This document shows, piece by piece, positions 1 to 8,365 of a DNA stretch of 64,000 nt. Position 1 is the stretch's first letter. Each line of letters starts with the position of its first letter. The stretch lies in assembly GCA_021158725.1 (NCBI GenBank), contig JAGGUB010000044.1, forward strand, positions 3,722 to 67,721, written 5' to 3'. This DNA is from a candidate division WOR-3 bacterium. GTDB taxonomy: Bacteria; Hydrothermota; UBA3073; NMUJ01. The notes under the pieces were generated by a model. That model had not been told where the DNA came from, did not search any database, and saw only the letters and a program-made list of their open reading frames with translations. The position numbers and the translations under genes were made by a program.

Positions 1-881
1 AAACAGTACGGAGCTTCAACCTGCCTCGGATGCTCCCATAGCGCATAGGGTAGGTTACCCACAAGTATCGCACCGGTTATACCGCTATCCACATAGAGTG
101 TCTGCAGATACTCACGTATAGCTTCAGCTGGCATATCGCTCCAGCTATCCACAAATATATACAGGCTGGCATCAAACTGTGACTCAACATCCAGCTTGTA
201 CTGCTCCAACAACGTATCAATCATCCCATACACACTACTGTCCACGAGTACTGCTACATTCTGGTGTATACTGGGTGCAATGTTGTTGATAAAGTACCAC
301 CACCATGTCCAATAATCCCCGTACCCTATACCAAGTACATATTCATGCACGTATTCGAAAGTATCCGGTAACGAGTATGTGAGTGTCACACTGGTATCAA
401 GTACACACGGAGGAGAGGGCACCTCAACATCTTGCCAAAGTACGAAATCGAACTCCCACGCACCACGTGTAGCACGTTTGTACACTATGATACCAATGGT
501 ATCAACATTTGGTGGTACATTGACACTAAAATGTACGGTTACATCAATCTCCTCACCTGGATCTGCATACGGAGGGTAATCGATCCACACCACAGCCGGA
601 TATTGCTGTTTAAGTTGGTTCGTTGCCTGTATCAACCTGAACGCCTGCTGCCTTGTTAGCACCATATATTCTATACCGTATTGGGTTAAGAGTTGCATCT
701 TATCAGCTGTACAAGTTGCTACCACATTCCTATCATCCAGAACTATATAGTCAACACCCAACTCCGTAACAAGCTCATACTCCATATCCGTACGTGTATG
801 TATGAGCAGAGGTTGCCCATCACCCAGCAGCCATATGGGTTGTGGCAAGCTACATAAAATAATAAGCATAAAGCTCAACAT
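1..881 (-). CDS. Secreted hypothetical protein, N-terminal 293 codons only (gene continues past the left edge)
   Basis: I checked every codon by hand. The minus frame is open from ATG 881-879 to the window edge, and GGAGG lies at 885-890. The protein starts MLSFMLIILCSLPQPIW (signal-like). It is absent from the ORF track because there is no in-window stop. The segment AVLVDSSVY...AEAIREYL...GAILVGNLPYALWE loosely recalls C25/caspase-like peptidase N-regions (tentative). Confidence 0.7.
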   Translation of the reverse strand, partial: MLSFMLIILCSLPQPIWLLGDGQPLLIHTRTDMEYELVTELGVDYIVLDDRNVVATCTADKMQLLTQYGIEYMVLTRQQAFRLIQATNQLKQQYPAVVWIDYPPYADPGEEIDVTVHFSVNVPPNVDTIGIIVYKRATRGAWEFDFVLWQDVEVPSPPCVLDTSVTLTYSLPDTFEYVHEYVLGIGYGDYWTWWWYFINNIAPSIHQNVAVLVDSSVYGMIDTLLEQYKLDVESQFDASLYIFVDSWSDMPAEAIREYLQTLYVDSGITGAILVGNLPYALWEHPRQVEAPYC

Positions 882-963
882 CGTACCTCCTTCTACTCCT
901 ATACATCTTAAGATAACTTACCACTCACGATCGTATGTCAACTCTGGAATAGTATAGGGTAGA

Positions 964-985
964 GGGCAGGCTGTACAGCCTGCCC
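964..985 (-). terminator. GC-rich stem-loop after the 993..3350 CDS
   Basis: Perfect 10-bp inverted repeat GGGCAGGCTG-TA-CAGCCTGCCC, 7 nt past the stop at 993-995. The downstream sequence on the minus strand is TCTACCCTATACTATT, which is not a clean U-tract, so the call is tentative. Confidence 0.45.
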
Positions 986-992
986 TTGTATC

Positions 993-3350
993 TTAGTGTA
1001 TAAGCAGCAACTTCTTCGTAGCTGACCAGTCACCCACCTTCAACCTGTAGAAGTACACACCCGCTGGTAGCAGCCTACCCTGATCGTCGGTACCATTCCA
1101 TGTCACATGATGTGTACCTGGTGGTAGCTTCCAATCCACAAGCGTACGTACACGCTGACCCAGCATATTGTAGATGTAGAGCTTAACATGTGCCTGCTTT
1201 AATATGGTGAAAGCTATACGGGTGACATCAGTTACAGGGTTGGGTACATTCTGTGCCAACCGACATATTAGCGGTACCTGTTCCTCAACACCAACGTAGG
1301 GTGATGTCACTGCATATATTAAGAAATCGCCAATCCCCCAATCACTTGGCCGACACCAGTACCACCATTGATAGCAGATCCAGTCATTATCTGAATCCAT
1401 GTGCTCATCCACACCAATGTAGGGACGATCGCCAAACTTAAACTCTATCCTCGCATGTACAATATCGTCGAGCACAAAATTATCAGGTATCGGTATTTCA
1501 ACCCATCCCGTATCTGTAGGTACAACCTCGATGGGATCGATCAAATCGTCGCTGGTGGGTTTACCTGTACCATCATCAGGATGCAGGTGCAGATAGAACG
1601 TATCTGGCATCGAATCTATATACACCCATACACTGTACAGGGTTTCAGGTGTTGCAAATGGTTCAAACCTACGTGATATGAAGCCATCCCCCCATGGATT
1701 CGTAACATTATACGCAGGTAGCCCATCATCATACCTTATCACAGTGTTTGGTAACACCAGTATCGCACACCCAGCCTCTGGTGCAGTACCTGGCATATAG
1801 ACAACGTTGCCATCAGCGTCCTCAGCTTTAACGTAGTACTCGATCCTTGTATCCACTGGATAGCCCGGTATTTCAGCCTCATAGTTAGCACCACCAATAT
1901 TCTCCATATCAACTGTGGTCGTCTCTGTCGCTGTAGCGTATACCAGCTGTGCAGCAGTTAAGTTGTTATCCCTTATCTCAGCTGTTATAACATATGGGCC
2001 CACCGTATCATATGTATTACCATATGGTGTAGACATAACCTTAGGGGTTGTCCTCGCCGGCACAAACAGCGAGTCGGGTTCAAAATGTACCAGCCTAAGT
2101 GAATCCTCAAACGATTCCCACCACCCTATAGGATTGTAGATTATGAGCCCCTGATCACCAATATTTTCCGCCATCTCACACGCCATCGTCCTACCAGTAT
2201 CGGCACCAGCTACACCTTCACTCACCAACATAGGGCTTGTCCAGTAATCACCTGCATTGTCGGAACCAAACACAAATATACCATAATCAAGTGGCACTGG
2301 ATCGTACCAATCCTGTACTGCTACAAATATCCTACCATCTGCATCTCTACCCATGGTTGCAAGTGTCGCTTCACCATACGCTATATCAGTACGTGGTGGC
2401 GCTATAAACCAATAATCCTCCCACGTATCGGTTGATATCCTATACCTGAAGCCCACCAAACGGTTGCAACCCGGTTTATCTTGATACGCAAAACAGTAGA
2501 AAACATCATCGTTTACCATCACACCACGTGGATGACGTGCCCACCAGTTCTCCCATGCCCATGTTGCACCCTCAACAAGTGGAAAATGTTTCGCCTGTCG
2601 CCACGTAACCCCAGAGTCGGTTGACACAACTATACCCATGCACCAACCATCTCCAACAGGTGGTATGCTACCGAACGTTACCACGATATTTTTGCAATCC
2701 GAACTCATATATATGGTAGGGGATTCAGCCAAATGTAGGGGTTCACGTGGATTAGTGAACGAATCACCATATGCTATTACACGCATATCTTCCCAAGTTG
2801 TACCACCATCGAGCGACCTGAAGAACAGAATATCACGTACCTCTACATCATCACGTGTATAGTTACCCTGTGCTACGATGACAACAAACTGCCCATCACC
2901 ACTCACCGCTATTGAGCCAAACCTCATACTGTATTGATCCAGCGTATCAGTAAGTGCAACAGGATCCCGCCATAACCCATAGAGGAAACCCTCATCACGT
3001 ATGAACCTCAGCTCACCATCATCATCTATAAACGTGATGTATGGTGTATTATCAGCAGCTGCAGCTATTGATGGATACTGTGCACCATAACCCATATCGA
3101 TTGGACCCATCTCATCCCAAGTCACACCGTGGTCCTCTGAATACGCGAAATACAATGCATGTGCATCATAGGGTGTCGGTATATAAACGATCTCCGCTAC
3201 ACCACTGGTAGGATCATAGTATATGTTCTCACCAGATATTGGTACCGTAGCGTACCACTTATCAACCGGCAATATACAATGCTCCCATGCCACCTCTCCC
3301 AACAGCATACCACTCACCAACAGAGCTAAAACCACCAACCCTCTCTTCAT
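993..3350 (-). CDS. BNR/Asp-box beta-propeller (sialidase-fold-like) surface protein with T9SS-type C-terminal sorting domain
   Basis: 785 aa with signal peptide MKRGLVVLALLVSGMLLG. Asp-box motifs SEDHGVTW, SLDGGTTW and STDSGVTW are present. The last ~88 aa (VPNPV...KLYIYNMLGQRV...WNGTDDQGRLLPAGVYFYRL) fit the Por_Secre_tail/FlgD-Ig pattern. AAGGAGGT SD upstream. Confidence 0.8.
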   Translation of the reverse strand: MKRGLVVLALLVSGMLLGEVAWEHCILPVDKWYATVPISGENIYYDPTSGVAEIVYIPTPYDAHALYFAYSEDHGVTWDEMGPIDMGYGAQYPSIAAAADNTPYITFIDDDGELRFIRDEGFLYGLWRDPVALTDTLDQYSMRFGSIAVSGDGQFVVIVAQGNYTRDDVEVRDILFFRSLDGGTTWEDMRVIAYGDSFTNPREPLHLAESPTIYMSSDCKNIVVTFGSIPPVGDGWCMGIVVSTDSGVTWRQAKHFPLVEGATWAWENWWARHPRGVMVNDDVFYCFAYQDKPGCNRLVGFRYRISTDTWEDYWFIAPPRTDIAYGEATLATMGRDADGRIFVAVQDWYDPVPLDYGIFVFGSDNAGDYWTSPMLVSEGVAGADTGRTMACEMAENIGDQGLIIYNPIGWWESFEDSLRLVHFEPDSLFVPARTTPKVMSTPYGNTYDTVGPYVITAEIRDNNLTAAQLVYATATETTTVDMENIGGANYEAEIPGYPVDTRIEYYVKAEDADGNVVYMPGTAPEAGCAILVLPNTVIRYDDGLPAYNVTNPWGDGFISRRFEPFATPETLYSVWVYIDSMPDTFYLHLHPDDGTGKPTSDDLIDPIEVVPTDTGWVEIPIPDNFVLDDIVHARIEFKFGDRPYIGVDEHMDSDNDWICYQWWYWCRPSDWGIGDFLIYAVTSPYVGVEEQVPLICRLAQNVPNPVTDVTRIAFTILKQAHVKLYIYNMLGQRVRTLVDWKLPPGTHHVTWNGTDDQGRLLPAGVYFYRLKVGDWSATKKLLLIH

Positions 3351-3376
3351 CCTACCTCCTTTTTGGTTCCTCTGTT

Positions 3377-3403
3377 ATTATAACCAAATTTTTAATTTGG
3401 CAA
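3377..3403 (-). promoter_or_regulatory. Possible internal sigma70-like promoter (TTGCCA-N15-TATAAT) overlapping an AT-rich hairpin
   Basis: The minus strand reads TTGCCA (3403-3398), a 15-nt spacer, then TATAAT (3382-3377), followed by a 26-nt leader with AAGGAGGT before ATG 3350. The palindrome CCAAATT-TTT-AATTTGG (3384-3400) overlaps it. The spacer is suboptimal. Confidence 0.25.
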
Positions 3404-3411
3404 CCCATATC

Positions 3412-4920
3412 TCATAACATCCCAAATATCTCCAAAACATATTCTATTAACTCCTTTGCCTGTTCTTTATGTGTAAAGATTATGGGAAACGTGGTAACCA
3501 TCACATCATAAGTGATACCATCATAATATATACCCACAGGCTTACCGATAAGCGTCGTATCTGATACTGGATTGAACGTAAGCACCCCATACACTGGTGT
3601 GAACGGCACAATCGATACCCACGATATCGTACGCAGATATTGGTGTCTCCATGTCTTATTTGTATCCACATCAACCGATGGCCATCCTTCAACCCCTATT
3701 GCACCTTTAAACTCATATTCAGGGACTACCGTGCTACCGGTTATATAAAAGTAGTCATGTATAAAGCCATCCTCTGCGAATAGACTTGTATCTGCACGTT
3801 CAAACATACGCCACCCTGTAATCCATAACTTGCCACCAACTTCCAGGTACTGTGTAATCGCATCCATAACCCCAGGTGACCAAAATTCCGTCCCGTAACT
3901 CCAATCATCATCGTACCAGAACACCATCTTATATTCTCCTATGGTTGATAACAAGTCGCCATCAAATGTCTCCCAATCTAACACATCATAGCATGTTTCA
4001 CCCAGTATCTCATCCAATATCTCCTTGTAGAATGCCGAATCATTATACACACCTTCGGCACCCACCACACGTCGAGTCTCATCCACAACCAGTAGCGGTT
4101 TATCAAATGTAACCTCCACTAAGTATATATGTATAAAAGCAGGTGTGGGATCCTCATTAAATGTATTATCACGTGCCACTACTTCTATAGTATGCTTTCC
4201 CTCGAGTGGCTCCTTAAAAGCTGTCGGCGGTATATATATTGAAGTATCCATTATCCAATGTGACCACACAAGGCTATCTACCCGCCATCTGTAATCCATC
4301 ACTTCACCATCTGGATCGGTAGCTCTCCAACTCACCTTTATACCTCTCCATGTAGCTGTAGTGTATGTGAGTGCAAGAAACGTATCACCTTCAACGGGAT
4401 AGATGATCTCAGTCTCCGGCAGTTTATTGGCGAGCGTCCAAAACATCAACACCGCTGGACTGGTATCGACCGCACCTTCGTTATCTATAGCAGCAACCTC
4501 AAATATCTGTAGGTTACGTGAAATAGTATCACCATCCTCTGTTATGAGATCTTCATCAGACGATTCAAACGGTATCGTTATCTCAGTACCTGTTGTCTCT
4601 GCCCATTCATCTTCTGCCGGAAAGTAGTACGTATCACCTCGTGCTTTGTGTATGGTACGATACCTATATTTATATCTCACTACATAACCGTCTCCATCGT
4701 CACCATCCCAACATATCTGCTGTAACGCAAAATAGCAAGGCAGTGAATCACCCTTTGTCAGCGAATGCAGAGAATCATTCGGTACCGGCCCATAGGTTAT
4801 TATGGTTTCGGGTACCTTATTGGGGTACGGTGTACCGGTTTTACCCCTCCGACAGCAAACCAGTAACATCGACACCACACAACCGGTGATCATTATGATG
4901 CTAATTCTTTTGACCATCAT
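3412..4920 (-). CDS. Hypothetical lipoprotein with two Ig/PKD-like repeats and a C-terminal alpha/beta domain
   Basis: 502 aa with N-terminus MMVKRISIIMITGCVVSMLLVCC (lipobox-like Cys). A repeated W-x-[AG]-x-D-x-DG-x-V-x-x-Y-x-[WY]-R signature occurs (CWDGDDGDGYVVRYKYR and WRATDPDGEVMDYRWRV). GGGGG SD. No family recognised. Confidence 0.6.
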   Translation of the reverse strand: MMVKRISIIMITGCVVSMLLVCCRRGKTGTPYPNKVPETIITYGPVPNDSLHSLTKGDSLPCYFALQQICWDGDDGDGYVVRYKYRYRTIHKARGDTYYFPAEDEWAETTGTEITIPFESSDEDLITEDGDTISRNLQIFEVAAIDNEGAVDTSPAVLMFWTLANKLPETEIIYPVEGDTFLALTYTTATWRGIKVSWRATDPDGEVMDYRWRVDSLVWSHWIMDTSIYIPPTAFKEPLEGKHTIEVVARDNTFNEDPTPAFIHIYLVEVTFDKPLLVVDETRRVVGAEGVYNDSAFYKEILDEILGETCYDVLDWETFDGDLLSTIGEYKMVFWYDDDWSYGTEFWSPGVMDAITQYLEVGGKLWITGWRMFERADTSLFAEDGFIHDYFYITGSTVVPEYEFKGAIGVEGWPSVDVDTNKTWRHQYLRTISWVSIVPFTPVYGVLTFNPVSDTTLIGKPVGIYYDGITYDVMVTTFPIIFTHKEQAKELIEYVLEIFGML

Positions 4921-4926
4921 ATCCCC

Positions 4927-5553
4927 CTACTCCAATGATTTCACCTTAATTACGGGTGCTATCTCATAACCTTCAGCAGTCCTCGATAATGAGCTATCGA
5001 TATCGAAATACAGGTATAGATCGTAATACTTGTGCTCTTCAACCTGTAAATCAAAACTGGCCTTCGCCACACTTGTACCCCATTCGAGCTCTATATTGAG
5101 TAGATGACCACCCAGCTTGAACACATTATAATGGTAGTTAACCACCGTATCAGTATCCACGTAGGTGGTCTCCACGTAGGGGCTAAGGTTAATCGTCACC
5201 TTAATTGTATCGAACCTCTGTGGTGGTAGATCTGTTTCACCCAAGAAATAGGTTTTAAACTTATCCTCTGTCGTATCCCATGCGAATATGTTGACAACCC
5301 TATCTGTATCATGGAACACATCCGTTGACCAGTATATTGGTTTATGGTAACCATCTTCCCTAAATACCCTTATGTTGTTGATCTTCAAGTTCAAACAGTC
5401 ACCGGGTTGGATACCCAACACATCGCGGTCGGCGGCCTCACCCTCTATCCAAACACGCAAGTAACCAGGTTCAGGTGTAGTGAACCGTCTCGTACAGTGA
5501 ATCACCATTATTGCCGAAATTACCGCGATGGCTAAAACAGCACGTATCTTCAT
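4927..5553 (-). CDS. Small hypothetical lipoprotein (DUF4382-like, tentative)
   Basis: 208 aa, MKIRAVLAIAVISAIMVIHC signal/lipobox, GGGGG SD. Beta-rich. Co-oriented in the operon, 6 nt upstream of the next start. Confidence 0.55.
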   Translation of the reverse strand: MKIRAVLAIAVISAIMVIHCTRRFTTPEPGYLRVWIEGEAADRDVLGIQPGDCLNLKINNIRVFREDGYHKPIYWSTDVFHDTDRVVNIFAWDTTEDKFKTYFLGETDLPPQRFDTIKVTINLSPYVETTYVDTDTVVNYHYNVFKLGGHLLNIELEWGTSVAKASFDLQVEEHKYYDLYLYFDIDSSLSRTAEGYEIAPVIKVKSLE

Positions 5554-5562
5554 TGTACCCCC

Positions 5563-6477
5563 TTAGATAGCTATCCCCAACGTCAACCTATACACGTCTT
5601 TAAGCCCTTCATAATGTGTATATGCGCAGTTGATGCTGAACCTAAACTTACCCACATGCTGTACGAACCCCACACCAGTGGACCACGTTTCGGAATCATG
5701 TCCTATCTTGTAACCAGCTCGTACAGCAAACATATCATTATACCAGTATTCGCATCCTATTGCTAATCGTTCCTTGGAGTCGGTTGGTTTGTCAACATTG
5801 ACTGCCACAGTGAGTTTGTACATATCCGTCTCGATAACCTCATCCGCAACCCCAAACGAAAACATAGTAGGTAAAGGACACATCTCATGCATAAACTTAA
5901 GGTAAGGCCCAAAGTTTGCTATCCTCATACCGAACCGCACCTTATGCCAACCCGTCCAGTAATATGTACCGATATCACAACATATCGTACCCGCTGAGTA
6001 CACATAGAGATACATACCCACATACTTCAACGTAAATCCGATCGCTGTCTTATCCGTAAGGAATGTCGCATAAGTGAGCCCCAACACAAAATCACTACAA
6101 TAGAAATACTCACCAGTACCCTCAGGTCTCAGTATGGTACGTATCGGCATCTTATCTGTGTACAACGTACCAAACGATACACCGAACGTACCCAGCCTTC
6201 TGAAACTTTTCGCCATCCCCACATATTCATAATTAATATTCGCAAACCATGGCATATGGGTAGCAAACATACTGTAGCCATTCACACGTGCCAGGCACGC
6301 TGGGTTATAATACAATGCACTTGCATCATCCGCTACTGCAATGTAGGCTTCACCCATACCAACTGCACGTGCATGACAGCCAATTTTAAGCATCTGTGCA
6401 GTAGTGCTGCCAGGTCTATCATACACCCCATATAAGAGTAGAGGCATAAGGAACGTACAGCTCAACAATTTACGCAT
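5563..6477 (-). CDS. PorV/PorQ-family (FadL-like) outer-membrane beta-barrel protein, paralog 1
   Basis: I moved the start to ATG 6477 (MRKLLSCTFLMPLLLYG) because GGGGGAG sits 5 nt upstream; the track start 6504 overlaps the upstream gene. The N-terminal hatch-like motif GARAVGMGEAYIAVADDASALYYNPACLA matches the G-x-G-x-A-x-x-A-x-x-DDA...NPA signature of FadL/PorV-type barrels. Alternating beta pattern to the C-terminus. Confidence 0.7.
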   Translation of the reverse strand: MRKLLSCTFLMPLLLYGVYDRPGSTTAQMLKIGCHARAVGMGEAYIAVADDASALYYNPACLARVNGYSMFATHMPWFANINYEYVGMAKSFRRLGTFGVSFGTLYTDKMPIRTILRPEGTGEYFYCSDFVLGLTYATFLTDKTAIGFTLKYVGMYLYVYSAGTICCDIGTYYWTGWHKVRFGMRIANFGPYLKFMHEMCPLPTMFSFGVADEVIETDMYKLTVAVNVDKPTDSKERLAIGCEYWYNDMFAVRAGYKIGHDSETWSTGVGFVQHVGKFRFSINCAYTHYEGLKDVYRLTLGIAI

Positions 6478-6487
6478 CTTGCTCCCC

Positions 6488-8356
6488 CTATTTAATGACG
6501 ACAAATTTACCTATTTGAACCTCACCCGTCTCATGATCCTCCACCGAGAATATGTAGATTTCAGTCGTTATCGCCTGGTTTGCACGTGACACGAGGTACC
6601 AGTCCTCATAACCTTTATTAGGGTCGTTATGCTCGATAACGTCCACAAGATCGCCACTTAAGGTATAGATCCTAATCGTACAGTGAGCTGGCAGATTTAT
6701 GAACTGCACCCGCCTATCAGCTTCTGACCATTGTCTACCAGCTTCACGTGGTGTCTCCCATGGCAATGGACTTGTATAATCGACATTACCGAGATATGGG
6801 TTGGGTACCACCGCTACCCGACCGAGCTTCTTAGGTGGCGAACCCGGTACGACCTTCTGCATGTTGGCAAACTTTGCACTCTCCAGCCACACACCTTCAT
6901 GTGGTATCGCATATGAGGTGACACAATACCAGTAAGGTATACCGTTCACCAACCCACTATCTACGTATTCGTATTGTAGACCGGTTTCACGACCAAACCC
7001 ATCACCTTTCTTGTCGAAATCGGCCATCAATGTCCAGGGCCCATTTATACCGCTGGTACTTTTATAAACCCTATATCCAGCAAACGGATATTCTATACCG
7101 TCCACCCTATAAGGGTCATGAAACTCCTCGGGATTGATACCAGGGTCACCGGGCTCCCACCTCCAGCATAGCCTAACCCTATGTTCGTCCGGATATACTT
7201 TCAATGGAGGTGACGGTGGAGGTGCGGGCCCATGAAAATCATTTGCATAAAATGCGTGCGCTGTTTCAACATTCTTCTCTACACCCTCTGGCCCCATACC
7301 ACAAACAACCACTATAGTGAGTTGCAACGTATCACCAGGTGCAAAGTAGTATGGGCCAAACGAAATAAGGTTACCCGAACCGCCACTCGCCTGATCTGGA
7401 CCCTGGCTCTCCATTACTATAGGTTGTGAAAGATGCTCGTACCTTATGCTATCGTTATAAGGTTCACCGCAGTCCATGTACCATCGATACGCCCGTAACC
7501 CAGGCTCCTTGGGATACTTAAGTATCGATACAGCAACCGCACCCTCGGGTGTACCGGATGGATCTGGCAAGCTAAACGCATACATCGTATACGTTGTGAT
7601 TGTATCACTTTCAGACACGAGCAAATCTTCATCAAACCACGAGTAGTCGCCATCCCACCATCCCCAAGTAGGGTATATACCTACGTTAAAATCGAACCAA
7701 AACCCAAGATAAAGCTCAGGGTATGGCTCTTCGTTCTTGTTAACCACTTGGTAGTCCACAAATACAAACTCATCGTATGGAGGACGTCCCCACGCCCAGC
7801 TACGTTGTATAACCTCAAGATGTAGCGGCTTATGTGCAACAATATCGGTCCAATAGTCATCACAGTAGTGGCAGGTAAAATCCTGCTCCGAATATGTAGC
7901 ATAATCTTCGTCAATAAACCCATCCTGATCATTATCACGGCCATCGAGTAACTCCTCATCCACCTTACCATCACCATCATCGTCCACACCCCGTACACCA
8001 TGCAGTGTATCCAGATCGTTTATGCTTGCCACCCATATAGTATCGTTTGGATCATTTGTGGGATAGAATTCGAACATATCCGATCCACCTTCTGCCCAAT
8101 CGTGGAACGCTTGTGTTACACGAGGTTCACCATCAACTTTAGCACCTATCCATAGGCCTGCACCACATATGTGTTCCTCACTACTTCCAGGTGGATACTC
8201 ACAATGTGGACGCCCTTGACCATAAACTTCAGCTTGATGCTTACCTATTGTGCCAAGGTTCGATATCTTCAACCGTATAAGGCCAACATCGTGTTTCTTC
8301 CAATCTATAGCTGGCGGTTCAACACCCAACACAAAAATTAACAATGGTATGAGCAT
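6488..8356 (-). CDS. Secreted protein with acidic Ca-binding-like D-x-D-x-D run, FN3-like region and variant T9SS-type CTD
   Basis: 622 aa, hydrophobic N-terminus MLIPLLIFVLGV. Contains VDDDGDGKVDEELLDGRDNDQDGFIDED. The C-terminus VVPNPYLGN...VQFINLPAHCTIRIYTLSGDLVDVIEH...EIYIFSVED...GKFVVIK resembles the CTDs of the other three CTD proteins, with a ~28-aa insert after PNPY. Confidence 0.6.
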   Translation of the reverse strand: MLIPLLIFVLGVEPPAIDWKKHDVGLIRLKISNLGTIGKHQAEVYGQGRPHCEYPPGSSEEHICGAGLWIGAKVDGEPRVTQAFHDWAEGGSDMFEFYPTNDPNDTIWVASINDLDTLHGVRGVDDDGDGKVDEELLDGRDNDQDGFIDEDYATYSEQDFTCHYCDDYWTDIVAHKPLHLEVIQRSWAWGRPPYDEFVFVDYQVVNKNEEPYPELYLGFWFDFNVGIYPTWGWWDGDYSWFDEDLLVSESDTITTYTMYAFSLPDPSGTPEGAVAVSILKYPKEPGLRAYRWYMDCGEPYNDSIRYEHLSQPIVMESQGPDQASGGSGNLISFGPYYFAPGDTLQLTIVVVCGMGPEGVEKNVETAHAFYANDFHGPAPPPSPPLKVYPDEHRVRLCWRWEPGDPGINPEEFHDPYRVDGIEYPFAGYRVYKSTSGINGPWTLMADFDKKGDGFGRETGLQYEYVDSGLVNGIPYWYCVTSYAIPHEGVWLESAKFANMQKVVPGSPPKKLGRVAVVPNPYLGNVDYTSPLPWETPREAGRQWSEADRRVQFINLPAHCTIRIYTLSGDLVDVIEHNDPNKGYEDWYLVSRANQAITTEIYIFSVEDHETGEVQIGKFVVIK

Positions 8357-8365
8357 GATACCCCC

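Noticed and set aside
7444-8001. Same-strand alternative-frame ORFs 7444..7653 and 7681..8001 inside the 622-aa protein gene
   Set aside because: They are off-frame products rich in M/R/I/L with no start context. The main frame carries the recognisable acidic repeat, FN3-like and CTD regions.
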